Source: an uncultured delta proteobacterium | GTDB lineage: Bacteria > Desulfobacterota > Syntrophia > Syntrophales > UBA2185 | Assembly (NCBI GenBank): GCA_963729715.1 | Contig: CAVSPA010000004.1 | Span: 480,001 to 544,000, forward strand | DNA: 64,000 nt | Direction of reading: 5' to 3' | Shown: one piece after another, positions 1 to 12,239 of the stretch | How the letters are laid out: every line of letters starts with the position of its first letter | How positions within the stretch are numbered: the stretch's first letter is position 1 | Notes under the pieces: model-generated | Databases searched by the model: none | What the model was told of the DNA's origin: nothing | Seen by the model: only the letters and a program-made list of their open reading frames with translations | Program-made: the position numbers and the translations under genes

Positions 1-362
1 TCCCCGATGAAAAGGATGAGATAAAAGAAGCGCTCATCGATTTTGCCGACAAGAAGAACTTTCCTCTCATCATAACGACAGGCGGCACCGGCGTCAGTCC
101 TCGGGACGTGACTCCCGATGCTACTCTGGATGTAATCGACAAGGAAGTGCCGGGCATGGCGGAGGCAATGAGGCGAGCAAGCGCCGCTATAACGCCGCAT
201 GCGATGATCTCGCGTGCCGTGGTCGGAATCAGAGGTAGGTCGCTGATCATCAATCTGCCGGGCTCTCCCAAGGCTGCCCGCGAAAACCTTGCCGTGATAC
301 TGCCTGCACTCCCGCACGCCGTGGAAAAAATCAAGGGTGATGAGACTGAATGTGCCTCTTAA
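1..362 (+). CDS. mog: Molybdopterin adenylyltransferase, MogA/MoaB family (5'-truncated by window edge)
   Basis: Frame open from window start; TTGGTGVSPRDVTPDAT and INLPGSPKA motifs. Confidence 0.9.
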   Translation, partial: PDEKDEIKEALIDFADKKNFPLIITTGGTGVSPRDVTPDATLDVIDKEVPGMAEAMRRASAAITPHAMISRAVVGIRGRSLIINLPGSPKAARENLAVILPALPHAVEKIKGDETECAS

Positions 363-798
363 GATAATTAAGAGCGTTATCTATGTGTGTGCCGGGCCAG
401 AAGATACCTTTGCAACGGGGACATCTGCGAAATCCGCTTTGGGTGTCATACACGAAGGCGGGAACCATTCCGGCAACATCCTCTTTGTCAACCACCACTA
501 ACGCCTCGTTGCATCTCACGCAGATACTGAACAACCGTCCGGGATCGGCGGCGATAGACAGTTTTTCCATAACTTCGACGAGCTGTTCCTTGACATGATC
601 ACTCCCGACGATGACGAGCTTGCCTGAAAATTGTCTCGCTGCCATATCCTTTCTTCTCGTCAGGACAACTCTCCCTGCCCTCTCCGCCTTCCTCAAAAAA
701 TTTCTATCCGCCTCTCCCCGGTACGATACGGTGTCGTAACCTAAGATACGGAGCCACTTCGCCAGTTTCCCGAGATTACTATCCGTAATGAACTTCAC
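331..798 (-). CDS. Mut7-C RNase domain protein (PIN-like plus Zn ribbon)
   Basis: D..LGKLAKWLRILGYD N-terminus, LTR motif, CxxC...CxxC, FWPGTH. Confidence 0.85.
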   Translation of the reverse strand: MKFITDSNLGKLAKWLRILGYDTVSYRGEADRNFLRKAERAGRVVLTRRKDMAARQFSGKLVIVGSDHVKEQLVEVMEKLSIAADPGRLFSICVRCNEALVVVDKEDVAGMVPAFVYDTQSGFRRCPRCKGIFWPGTHIDNALNYLKRHIQSHHP

Positions 799-833
799 GT
801 CTCAAGACTGTCCGCAATCTATCTCTCTTGTGT

Positions 834-1151
834 TCACTTATGATCAGTGGGGCCTTGCACCTCCTCCTCACTGATCACTTCTTTCTTGCTGTCCCTGACC
901 TCTCGCCTTAGTTCTCTGATGGTCCTGTTTAACTTGCTTATCATCCTGTTCAATCTGAATCGCTCCACTATTCCCATAAACCCGGTGAAGATGACGCCGC
1001 AGAGGAACGCTATAAAAATCAGCATATACGCCGGAGCGGTCACATTGAAAAAATCATAGTATTTTAATCGGATGGGAAGAGTATTCTCCAACGAAAAAGT
1101 AATTACAAAAAGTACAAGCAGAACGACAATCACAGTGTAGATAACCTTCAT
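834..1151 (-). CDS. LapA/DUF1049-family small membrane protein
   Basis: Two hydrophobic helices with FSLEN motif, then a coiled-coil tail; start moved to ATG at 1151 (MKVIYT). Confidence 0.7.
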   Translation of the reverse strand: MKVIYTVIVVLLVLFVITFSLENTLPIRLKYYDFFNVTAPAYMLIFIAFLCGVIFTGFMGIVERFRLNRMISKLNRTIRELRREVRDSKKEVISEEEVQGPTDHK

Positions 1152-1152
1152 C

Positions 1153-1638
1153 TCAGACCTCCGGACGATATTTTTTAAAATACGGCACAAGGAGCTCGCA
1201 CGTCTTGTATATGTCCTCCGGGACAACACGAATATCTCCCACAGTGGTTATGAAGTTCGTGTCCCCGGACCATCTTGGCACGATGTGCACATGCATATGA
1301 TCGACTATCCCGGCGCCCGCGGCCTTCCCGAGATTGATGCCGACGTTAAAGCCTTCAGGGTTCATGGCCTCCTTCAGAATTTTGATCGACGCATCCAGAA
1401 GGTCGAATACTTCACGTTTTTCTTCGGGCAGGAGGTCTTCCATCTCACATATGTGTCGGAATGGCACGATCATGAGATGGCCGCTGTTATAGGGATAACG
1501 ATTCATCATTACGAACGCCAACTTCCCTTCATAAAGAACAAGGTCATGACACCTGACCGAATCCTTGCAGAAGACACAGCCTGCCTGCTTTTCACCTTTA
1601 ATGAATTCCATCCTCCAGGGCGCGTATATTTTTTCCAT
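1153..1638 (-). CDS. HIT-family hydrolase / Ap4A phosphorylase-like
   Basis: APWR, CVFC, NRYPYNSGH, HMHVHIVPRW histidine triad. Confidence 0.9.
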   Translation of the reverse strand: MEKIYAPWRMEFIKGEKQAGCVFCKDSVRCHDLVLYEGKLAFVMMNRYPYNSGHLMIVPFRHICEMEDLLPEEKREVFDLLDASIKILKEAMNPEGFNVGINLGKAAGAGIVDHMHVHIVPRWSGDTNFITTVGDIRVVPEDIYKTCELLVPYFKKYRPEV

Positions 1639-1647
1639 ATCTGAAAC

Positions 1648-2133
1648 CTAAATATAATTTAGTTCTATAATTTCCCCTCTAATCCCGTCTCCGATCTCCA
1701 ACATGCCCACGGTATTTCGAGATGCAAACCGCGTATCCGTCGCCGATCCCGGATTGAAAAAGAGGATGCCGTCCTTAACCACATTCGTCGCACGATGCGT
1801 GTGCCCGTACACCAAGCAGTCCACGCGCCCCATTTCTTTCAGAAGCTTGCCCTCAATGCCGAAGGGCATCCCCCAGCCATGAATGAGCCCCACCCTATAA
1901 TTGTTGAGTTCAAGCACCAGCTTCTTGGGTAGCAACTGCCTTACGGAAGGCGGATCCATATTGCCGCAGACCGCCTTCACTTCCTTTCCCGCAAATGCAT
2001 CAAGAACATTGATATCAACGAGGTCTCCTGCATGTAAGATCAGATCGGCGTCGCGAAAAAGATCCTTCAGAAGACGCGTTAGTCTTTCATCACAACCGGT
2101 AAGATGGGTATCTGATATTACTCCGATCTTCAC
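1648..2133 (-). CDS. Metallophosphoesterase, YfcE/MJ0936 family
   Basis: SDTH, HAGD, GNMD, GHTH, NPGS motifs. Confidence 0.9.
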   Translation of the reverse strand: MKIGVISDTHLTGCDERLTRLLKDLFRDADLILHAGDLVDINVLDAFAGKEVKAVCGNMDPPSVRQLLPKKLVLELNNYRVGLIHGWGMPFGIEGKLLKEMGRVDCLVYGHTHRATNVVKDGILFFNPGSATDTRFASRNTVGMLEIGDGIRGEIIELNYI

Positions 2134-2323
2134 CCCTTCGTTTCCTTAACACATTTAGCAAGAATTATATCGATACGACTCAAAAAGACAAGCATTATTT
2201 CTATACGGCGATGAGCCGCATGCAGAAGACATATCATGCATATTCCCGTAAATTGGAAAAGACAAGACACAACTTGTCCGTTTTTACGGGTATCAAGCAA
2301 TCCACGTTGCCCGCGGTTTTAGT

Positions 2324-2351
2324 TTGACATTATGTTCCTACTTTTTATACT
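2324..2351 (+). promoter_or_regulatory. Sigma70-type promoter for the hypothetical-ligA-acyP unit
   Basis: TTGACA-16 bp-TATACT. Confidence 0.6.
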
Positions 2352-2386
2352 ATTTATCTAAAGGCAGATGAAAGGAACAGACGACC

Positions 2387-2656
2387 GTGCTTGAATCCGC
2401 ACTGGACAAGATGGCAGAAAGCATTCTCAGTCTTGACGAGGCATCCCTTACCAGTCTGTGGGAAAAATATAAGACGAGAATGGAGCATTTCGAAACGACG
2501 AAAGAGTGGGAGAAATCCGTTATAATCTTTTTCATCATCAATGCCGTACGCGTGAAGAACCACATTTTTAACGAAAATATGCTTGAGCTTCACAAGAAGC
2601 ACCTAAAGCCAGAGAAGCCTCCGAAGAAGAAGCCCGACTTGAAACTGGTTAAGTAA
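2387..2656 (+). CDS. Conserved hypothetical protein
   Basis: 89 aa, RBS (AAAGGA) upstream, ends 6 bp before ligA; C-terminal LKLVK tail. Confidence 0.7.
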   Translation: MLESALDKMAESILSLDEASLTSLWEKYKTRMEHFETTKEWEKSVIIFFIINAVRVKNHIFNENMLELHKKHLKPEKPPKKKPDLKLVK

Positions 2657-4949
<2,293 letters not shown>

Positions 4950-4956
<7 letters not shown>

Positions 4957-6134
4957 CCGAATTCCTTAAACGTTACTTCAAAGCCTTTCATCGAGTTCAC
5001 AATCGTGGCATCTTCAACGCAGAAAGCGATCCGGAAATTACCGGGCCATCCGAAGCCCTTCCCCGGAACGGTCAGGATCTTTCTCTTAGTGAGGGCCTTG
5101 ACGAATTCTATGTCATCGCCTCCGGGCGCCTTGGGAAAGAGATAGAATGTCCCACCCGGCTTTATGAAATCGTAGCCGATGGATGAAAGGCCGTTGCAGA
5201 GGATCTCTCTCTTTCGCCTGTACTCCTCCACGTCCACCGTCACACCGTGTATTTTTGCGACCACCCTCTGCATCAAGGCCGGCGCGTTCACAAATCCGAG
5301 CGTCCTGTTGAAAAGAATCAACCCGCCTACAACGTCCTGAACATCGGCAATCGCGGGATTGACGGCCATATAGCCTATGCGCTCACCCGCAAGCGAAAGG
5401 CTCTTCGAGTATGAAGAGGCAATCATGCTGTTTCTATAAGCGGCGAGGATGCTCGGCACGGTGATACCGTCGAAGATGATCTCTCTGTATGGCTCATCGG
5501 ATACGAGGTAAATTTCCTTCCCGTATGCCCTGCTTCTATCCTCCAACAGCTCCGCGAGTCCCCGAATCGATGCCTCGTCATATACCTTCCCCGTCGGATT
5601 ATTGGGAGAATTGATGAGGACTATTTTCGTCTTCTCCGTAATAGCATCTCGTATCGCGGCAAGATCGAGGGAAAAATCATCCTTCGTCCTCACGAACTTG
5701 GCGACACCGTTCGCGTTATCTGCATAAATTTTGTATTCCACAAAACACGGCACAGGAGCGAGCAGTTCGTCACCCGGTTCAAGAAGGACCTTGCATATGA
5801 CGTTCAATGCCCCTGCCGCCCCGCAGGTCATGACAATGTGATCCGCAGTGAGCGGTACACCGTGATCCCTGCTCAAAGCCTGGGCAACGACCTTCCTCGT
5901 CTCAAGGTATCCTGCATTCGGCATGTAGCCGTGGGCACCGGCGACTTCTTCTGTTGCAACTTCACGGAGCGCCCGTCTAAACTCGGTCGGCGGTTCGACA
6001 CTCGGGTTACCGATGCTGAAATCAAAAACATTCTCCGCCCCGTATTGCTTCTTTAGCCTGTCACCTTCCTCGAACATCTTCCTGATCCAGGAAGACTGGG
6101 AGATGAACCCGCGAACTTTTTCAGAAACCGACAT
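4950..6134 (-). CDS. PLP-dependent class I/II aminotransferase (aspartate aminotransferase-like)
   Basis: NSPNNPTG, DEPY, SYSKSLSLAGERIG. Confidence 0.92.
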
Positions 6135-6273
6135 ACGCTGCTCCTCAACGCTGTTTAGTCTTTGTTTTCACAAGTCATTAACACAGCAGGTCTCTTGCGT
6201 CAATATGAGGAATCGCCACATGAAAGTGATTTTATTTATCTGTCAGGCTTAATAACAACGCATTTGAATACAC

Positions 6274-6302
6274 TTGACATTTAATCGCTCAATGTCTAAG
6301 GT
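6274..6302 (+). promoter_or_regulatory. Sigma70-type promoter of the FmdB-family gene
   Basis: TTGACA-17 bp-TAAGGT. Confidence 0.5.
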
Positions 6303-6337
6303 TTGCCTAGTAAAAGGCCATTACAAAAGAGGAAGAC

Positions 6338-6544
6338 ATGCCCATTTACGAATTCAGATGCAAGAAGTGCAGCAATACCTTTGAGGTTTTATTCCTGTCC
6401 GGAAGCGACAAACCGGCTGTGGCCTGCCCCGCCTGTAAATCTAAGAAGGCAGAGCGCTTGATGTCTAAATTCGGCGGAAAGATCGGTAATACATCGTCAG
6501 CGGGATGCTCGTCCTGTGCGGCAACATCCTGCGGCCCGTCCTGA
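6338..6544 (+). CDS. FmdB-family zinc-ribbon protein
   Basis: MPIYEFRCKKC...CPACKS, Cys-rich tail. Confidence 0.88.
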   Translation: MPIYEFRCKKCSNTFEVLFLSGSDKPAVACPACKSKKAERLMSKFGGKIGNTSSAGCSSCAATSCGPS

Positions 6545-6683
6545 TCAGGCTGATCTACTGTGGCAGGTCGCCACTTCAATAAAAAATAACCAATAATTTT
6601 TGTTGTAAAAAAAGACGCAATTTAATATAAGCGTGCAGCCGAGATTGCGGGCTTTGGAAAAATATGTCTGAACTCATGTAATA

Positions 6684-6780
6684 AGATTTCTCCCTTCGGT
6701 CGAAATGACACATGGGAATGGCCAAAATGACAGAGAGTGGCGAAATAACAAAATAGATTCCCGCCTGCGCGGGAATGACA
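6684..6780 (+). repeat. Cluster of REP-like palindromes ending in AATGAC
   Basis: AGATTTCTCCCTTCGGTCGAAATGAC (6684-6709) and AGATTCCCGCCTGCGCGGGAATGAC (6755-6779), with two further AAAT(G/A)ACA tails between them. Confidence 0.65.
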
Positions 6781-6817
6781 CAGGGAATACCTGTAAAAAA
6801 TACTTTTTTAGAAAGAG

Positions 6818-7501
6818 ATGAAGACAATGAATATTCTTATGTTCGGACCAAATGGCAGCGGTAAGGGCACGTTCGGTGCTGTTCTGAGCGACAAATTCGG
6901 CATCCCCCAGGTGGAGACAGGCGTAATTTTCAGGGAGAACATCTCGAAAGGCACGCCCTTGGGAAAAGAGGCGAAAGGATATATCGACAAAGGCGAGCTG
7001 GTTCCCGATGGAATTACCATCCCCATGATTCTCAGCCGTATTACAGAAAAGGACTGTGCAAAAGGATGGCTGTTAGACGGGTTCCCGCGAAACAAGACGC
7101 AGGCTGTGGCCTTCTGGGACGCCCTCCAGAAAGAGAAGATAAAACTTGATTACGTCGTTGAGCTTATCCTCGACAGGGATGCAGCCAAGAAGCGCATCAT
7201 GGGAAGACGTCTGTGCCCCAAGGACAACAACCATCCGAACAATATTTACGTCAAGGCAAACCTGCCCGTGGAGAAGGACGGCAAGCTCTACTGCCGCGTC
7301 TGCGGGAGCCCGGGACTATTAACCAGGGCCGATGATCAGGATGAAGCGGCGATTGACAAGAGGCACGGCATCTACTTTGACACAAACAAAGGCACACTCG
7401 CCGCCGTCAACTACTTCAAGGAGAGGGTGAAGGTCATTCAGGTGGATACAGTCCTCGGCGTCAAAGAGGTTTCAGAAAATTTATTGAAATTAGTAAAGTA
7501 G
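6818..7501 (+). CDS. adk: Adenylate kinase with metal-binding LID
   Basis: GPNGSGKGT P-loop, LDGFPR, LID C-X5-H-X19-C-X2-C. Confidence 0.95.
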   Translation: MKTMNILMFGPNGSGKGTFGAVLSDKFGIPQVETGVIFRENISKGTPLGKEAKGYIDKGELVPDGITIPMILSRITEKDCAKGWLLDGFPRNKTQAVAFWDALQKEKIKLDYVVELILDRDAAKKRIMGRRLCPKDNNHPNNIYVKANLPVEKDGKLYCRVCGSPGLLTRADDQDEAAIDKRHGIYFDTNKGTLAAVNYFKERVKVIQVDTVLGVKEVSENLLKLVK

Positions 7502-7523
7502 AAATTCACAGGAATAATGCGAG

Positions 7524-7559
7524 AAAAGCCTTCCCTCGCTGCAACGGGAAGGCTTTTTT
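7524..7559. terminator. Bidirectional intrinsic terminator
   Basis: AAAAGCCTTCCC-N10-GGGAAGGCTTTTTT between convergent genes. Confidence 0.85.
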
Positions 7560-7614
7560 GTTGGTGTCCCCAAATGCCCGTCTCCGGCCATTCACCACAC
7601 CGGTTTATAGAACA

Positions 7615-9543
7615 TCAAATGGCGACGCATCTGAAACCAAGGACATTCGACGAATTGTTTCTGTCCATCGGATAGCGGTTGGATAGACATATGGGACTAT
7701 CGGAAATCCAGCTCCCGCCTTTTACAACGTGGATGTCAGTATTTTTTTCTCCGGGTCTCTGCGCCTCCCAGTTATCGAGCGTCCATTCGAGCACGTTTCC
7801 CAGCGTATCGACCACACCATAAACATTCGCGAATTCGAGATACTTGTCTACGGGAGTAGTATCCCCGATATAGTTTTTCTCCACATTGCATGAATTGCCT
7901 GTCCATTCATTGCCCCACGGGTGCATGTTTCCGCGGGCGGTTCGTGCCGCCGCCTCCCACTCTTTCTCAGTAGGAATCCTCTTTCCCGTCCATGCCGCAA
8001 ACGCGCATGCGTCCTCGATGGTGACCTGCACTACCGGGTGTCCGCGCTTGTCGTGAAGCGTGCTCCCCGGACCGTTCGGGTGATACCAGCATGCACCCTG
8101 TATCTTTTTACAGAGCAAGTGGCTGTGCCATGTGAACGTCTCCTTGCCGGTCATGCTGTCTTTCGCCCTCTGCGCGCGGGGCGTGTACACGAAGCTGTAT
8201 CCGTTTTTCTCCGCTGTGGTCCTGTAGCCGGTCTTCTCCACAAAGGTTTCAAAAAGGGCATTCGTGACGGGAAACTTGCCGATATAGAATTCCTGAAGGC
8301 GAACTGTTATTTTGGGAAGCTCATTTTTTGCGAGGTCATTGCCTCCCGTAATATAATCTCCGCCCTTTATAAAAATATGCTGGTTGTAAAATCTCTCCCT
8401 TATACTGAGGTCGCGCTCGAATTCCTCGGATAGCAACTTTGCCTTTCCCCTGATTACGTCTGCGGAATACCCGCTTTCGCTGAAGTCCGGACGCAGCTTC
8501 GCAAGCACCTTCGCCGCCCCCGCAAGTTCAGCTAAGATTTCCACCTTCTCGCGCATGTCTTCGTCGGCAGCTTCGTAAACTTCCTCCTCCTGTTCTTCAA
8601 GGACAACATCGCTCTCAACTTCCGAGAGGTCAGCATCGATCTGCACTTCTTCTAAGGCTTGAGCTGTGGCGAGGTCAGTTTCCATGACCTCATTTAAAAA
8701 TTCGGTTGCGCCTTCATGGGCGTTATCATCCGCCGCTGCCGCTTCCTCAAGGTCGTCGTGAACCTCTGTCAGTTCATGAGCCGCCATCTCAACTACTTCT
8801 TCTTCGGAGACATCGGCAGATACGTCATCAACTACCCCTTCCAGCATCTCCGATATCTCGTCCTGGGCCTCTGCGGAAACAACTGTCTCGACATCGTCGA
8901 TTATCTCTGCAATCTCATCGACCACTTCCTCTTCCATGACGTCTTCGATATCAGCCACTGCGATAGCACTATCGGCGACGCCAGTACCGGCACCGTCATT
9001 TAATGACAGTCCTATTTTCCTCGATAAATCAAGAAGGCGGTCCTTCATCTGGTCAAAGCTTCCCAGTCCCTCACCGGACGTTGGATCCGAGCCGGACTGC
9101 GTCAGTATCTCGTTTACCGCATTCAGCAACTCCGTAATCTTGCGTATGGCGTCCGTACCCTCTTCTTTGAGAATGGCGTCGAACGTCCCGAGCGCCTTAT
9201 TCTTCGCCCCATCAGACATATCAAAGACGTTGCTCTGCCCGATGACGACACCCTGGGGATTTCTGCCTTCCTGATAAAGTCTCTTCAGGTCCGCATTTAT
9301 GCCCGACTTGACGCTGCTTAAGTTCTTTTTCTTGCTCTTGAGTAGTTCACTGTCACCATCCACACTCCACAGCTTCTTAACCAGCTCTTCCGTATCAATT
9401 GCCTGAATGGGCTCTGTTGAAATTTCATCGGGGTAGTACTGTCTTATGGCGTGGACCAGCTTGTACTTCAGGGTGTCCTTGTTCTTATAGCCGAGGCCGG
9501 CAATCGCTTCGTCAATGTCTTTAAGTTTTAAAATTGTCGCCAC
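7615..9543 (-). CDS. FGE-sulfatase (SUMF1-like) domain protein with long acidic linker
   Basis: C-terminal KFPVTN..F, HPVVQV, RIPTEKEWEAAAR, GNVLEW, KGGSW, GFRC; Glu/Asp-rich middle region. Confidence 0.85.
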   Translation of the reverse strand: MATILKLKDIDEAIAGLGYKNKDTLKYKLVHAIRQYYPDEISTEPIQAIDTEELVKKLWSVDGDSELLKSKKKNLSSVKSGINADLKRLYQEGRNPQGVVIGQSNVFDMSDGAKNKALGTFDAILKEEGTDAIRKITELLNAVNEILTQSGSDPTSGEGLGSFDQMKDRLLDLSRKIGLSLNDGAGTGVADSAIAVADIEDVMEEEVVDEIAEIIDDVETVVSAEAQDEISEMLEGVVDDVSADVSEEEVVEMAAHELTEVHDDLEEAAAADDNAHEGATEFLNEVMETDLATAQALEEVQIDADLSEVESDVVLEEQEEEVYEAADEDMREKVEILAELAGAAKVLAKLRPDFSESGYSADVIRGKAKLLSEEFERDLSIRERFYNQHIFIKGGDYITGGNDLAKNELPKITVRLQEFYIGKFPVTNALFETFVEKTGYRTTAEKNGYSFVYTPRAQRAKDSMTGKETFTWHSHLLCKKIQGACWYHPNGPGSTLHDKRGHPVVQVTIEDACAFAAWTGKRIPTEKEWEAAARTARGNMHPWGNEWTGNSCNVEKNYIGDTTPVDKYLEFANVYGVVDTLGNVLEWTLDNWEAQRPGEKNTDIHVVKGGSWISDSPICLSNRYPMDRNNSSNVLGFRCVAI

Positions 9544-9777
9544 GGATAATCCCCTCCCGCTAAAACGCCCGCAAAACGGATCTCTTTCATTTCATTATTA
9601 TATATCGATGAATCCCGGATTTTCTTTAATTGAGAGCGCCTTTTGCGGTATTCAGTGAAAAATTGCCGCAAAATAATGGAAAAATATTTTTGTTTGCCGA
9701 CAATTTTGACGATATAGATAAAGAATATCTCAATACCTCTGCCAAAAAACAATGACTGGCAGAGATAAGGCAAGCGT

Positions 9778-11139
9778 ATGAAAGAGATTTTGAGGTCTCG
9801 ATTCGACGAGATTATCGGTCGGAATTTTGAGCGTTTGACAGGAACAAAACAGGGAATCCGCGGACTTCCCCTGAATATTGCCACCATAGGATGCTTCATA
9901 CTCCTTGGCGGGAGGGAAATTGAGATTGAAAATTCTCCTAGATACGCCACCGAGAGATATACACGCGAGACATTTCTTGCCGACGCCGCCGGTTTAGGCG
10001 TCGAGCACGATGAGTACCTGGAGACGGGGCTCCGGGATATGATCGAGAGGGGATACTTTGCCGTTGATTCGAAAGGCAGGATCATCGCCCAGGAATCCAC
10101 GCTGGTCATGACCCGCGTCCTGGACCGCATCTTCCCTAAAATGACGGGGATCAATCTTCTTGCCTACATAGGACAGACGGTTGAGGAGGCTATGACCGGA
10201 CGCACTGACATGGAAGTGGCTGCCTCACGCTTCGACCAGACATTGAAGCACCACGGAGTTCCCTTCTCCGCACAAAGAACTTCCCAGGCATCCCTCTCTC
10301 CGAGCATCGATACGACGCCGATTGTGCAACCAGGACAGCAGGACAGCCGCAAGAGCCGTGATGAGATCTTAGCGGAATTATACAGTCGTGCTAACACCTC
10401 TCGGCCCAATCTTTCGGCCAATACTCGCCCGAATAAAGTTCCTGCTGAAGGCGCTGTCCTGAGAAACCTCGAAGTCGATGACATCGTTGCCAAAGGAAAC
10501 AATCCTCCCAAAAGTTCACGAGACGCAGAAGCAGAAAAGATGGAGGCTCCGGTCGAAGCTGCCGGCAGCACTCAGGCTGCCCTCGTCCCACCTGTTAGTA
10601 CACGGGCGATGGGCGATGAGATTGAGATGAGGAGCGCAGCCGAAGAACCCGATGTTTCCCTCGTCGAAGAAGGGGCCGCGCAAATTGCAGACAGAATTCT
10701 TGCGACCACTCACGATTCTTTGCCATCCGACGAGACAGCCAAATTGATCCAGGTAAAGGAAGAAGATGCGTCTGCTGACGATGGAGATCAGGGGGAAGGC
10801 CCTATCGACGATGATGCGGTTGCCGATAAGATTGCCGCCTTTGAAAAAGACCTGTCCTTCAACTGCCCCATATGCAAGACAAACGTGCTCACGGAACAAT
10901 CAACAGGGGCTGGCAAAAAATATTACACCTGTTCCTCGGGGAGCTGCAACTTCATAAGCTGGGGAAAACCTCACCATGTGGAATGCAACCGGTGCAAAAA
11001 TCCGTTCTTGATAGAAGCCTCAGAGGCGTCCGATGAGATAATCCTGAAGTGCCCCCGCGCTACGTGCCAGCACCGCCAGAGCCTCAATCCCAAGCTGGTT
11101 AAAGTGGTACGGAAGCGCACGGTGCGAAGAAAGAGATAA
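9778..11139 (+). CDS. Hypothetical protein with C-terminal topoisomerase-type Zn-ribbon repeats
   Basis: CPIC...YYTCSSGSCNFISW...CNRC...LKCPRATC; low-complexity acidic linker; basic tail. Confidence 0.75.
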   Translation: MKEILRSRFDEIIGRNFERLTGTKQGIRGLPLNIATIGCFILLGGREIEIENSPRYATERYTRETFLADAAGLGVEHDEYLETGLRDMIERGYFAVDSKGRIIAQESTLVMTRVLDRIFPKMTGINLLAYIGQTVEEAMTGRTDMEVAASRFDQTLKHHGVPFSAQRTSQASLSPSIDTTPIVQPGQQDSRKSRDEILAELYSRANTSRPNLSANTRPNKVPAEGAVLRNLEVDDIVAKGNNPPKSSRDAEAEKMEAPVEAAGSTQAALVPPVSTRAMGDEIEMRSAAEEPDVSLVEEGAAQIADRILATTHDSLPSDETAKLIQVKEEDASADDGDQGEGPIDDDAVADKIAAFEKDLSFNCPICKTNVLTEQSTGAGKKYYTCSSGSCNFISWGKPHHVECNRCKNPFLIEASEASDEIILKCPRATCQHRQSLNPKLVKVVRKRTVRRKR

Positions 11140-11210
11140 TAAGTGCAATAAATATTTTTTGCCGCAGGGCGCTCGCAGGAAAGATTCAAACTTCCCACGT
11201 TTGACCATTT

Positions 11211-11888
11211 TCAACCACGCAAGCCAACCGCCTCATTCAAGTAATTCATAATATCCCCGAAATTTTCATAATGCACGCATGGCGTGCCGTCCTCCCTGCA
11301 CTTCTCATAGAGAACTTCCTTCGCAAAGACGAGGTCTGCGTCTCTCGCGGGACACACATCTGAATAACCGTTCCCCACGTAGATTACGCGGTCATACTTC
11401 GACCGGTAGTCCCTGAGGACGCCCTTCTTGCAGGTGCCGCATTTCTCACATTCGTCGTTCATCCGGGGAAACTCGATGGAGAGCTTATCATCATCACGAA
11501 AAATTGTGACATTAGAAAAAAATTCGATGTCCTCTATGTTGTTCTTCTTCAGTATCGCGTCTATATAAAAATCGAGGCCGTCGGATACGATCTTGAGATC
11601 CATGCCCCTGCTTCGGCAGAACCGATAGAACTCAAGGAAATGCGCGTCTATCTTTTCGCGGCTGCTGACAAATTCGAGCATCTCGGCCCTGCTCCCCGTG
11701 AAGAGTGAGGCCACCTGCGTATACGCTACGCGGGAGCCAATCTCACCCGCACAGTAAGCGCGGTCTATCTCTTCCCAGCCCTTATCGGTAAAGCGGTTGA
11801 GGATCTCGTTGCCCATATCGACTGTGGATACTGTTCCGTCAAAGTCGCACAGGATCAGCATTCTCGGTACCTTTGCGCCTGTCTTCAT
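11211..11888 (-). CDS. MtnX-like HAD-IB phosphatase
   Basis: CDFDGT, VSDG, CxxCGxCK, YVGNGYSD, FAK. Confidence 0.85.
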   Translation of the reverse strand: MKTGAKVPRMLILCDFDGTVSTVDMGNEILNRFTDKGWEEIDRAYCAGEIGSRVAYTQVASLFTGSRAEMLEFVSSREKIDAHFLEFYRFCRSRGMDLKIVSDGLDFYIDAILKKNNIEDIEFFSNVTIFRDDDKLSIEFPRMNDECEKCGTCKKGVLRDYRSKYDRVIYVGNGYSDVCPARDADLVFAKEVLYEKCREDGTPCVHYENFGDIMNYLNEAVGLRG

Positions 11889-12211
11889 GACTGCTGCTTT
11901 TTCTTGTAATGCTTTAACAGAACATTAATCCCGAAAAGGATCAAGAGCACCGGAAGCAAGTATTTTGCAACTACGTGCAGATCGTACCCCCAGTTGTTCA
12001 CCAAAAGAAAAATCACCCCGGCGGCGCCGATGAACCATCCCCCGATATCCTTGACGCGCTGCATAAGCGTGCCCGCGGCAATTGCGATCAAGAGTAAGGG
12101 CCAGCTCTTATCGAACCCGTAGATGCCAGTGTTGTCGAGGATGATGAGAACGCCGAGCGTAATCAGGATCATGCCGCCTGTCAGGATATGCTTTTTTTCC
12201 CTTGCTTCCAT
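11885..12211 (-). CDS. Small four-helix membrane protein (LiaF/DUF5668-like)
   Basis: GxILIxLG...WPLLLI repeated hydrophobic pattern. Confidence 0.65.
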   Translation of the reverse strand: MEAREKKHILTGGMILITLGVLIILDNTGIYGFDKSWPLLLIAIAAGTLMQRVKDIGGWFIGAAGVIFLLVNNWGYDLHVVAKYLLPVLLILFGINVLLKHYKKKQQS

Positions 12212-12239
12212 TTGCGGTCAACTCCTTACTTAGGAAAAT

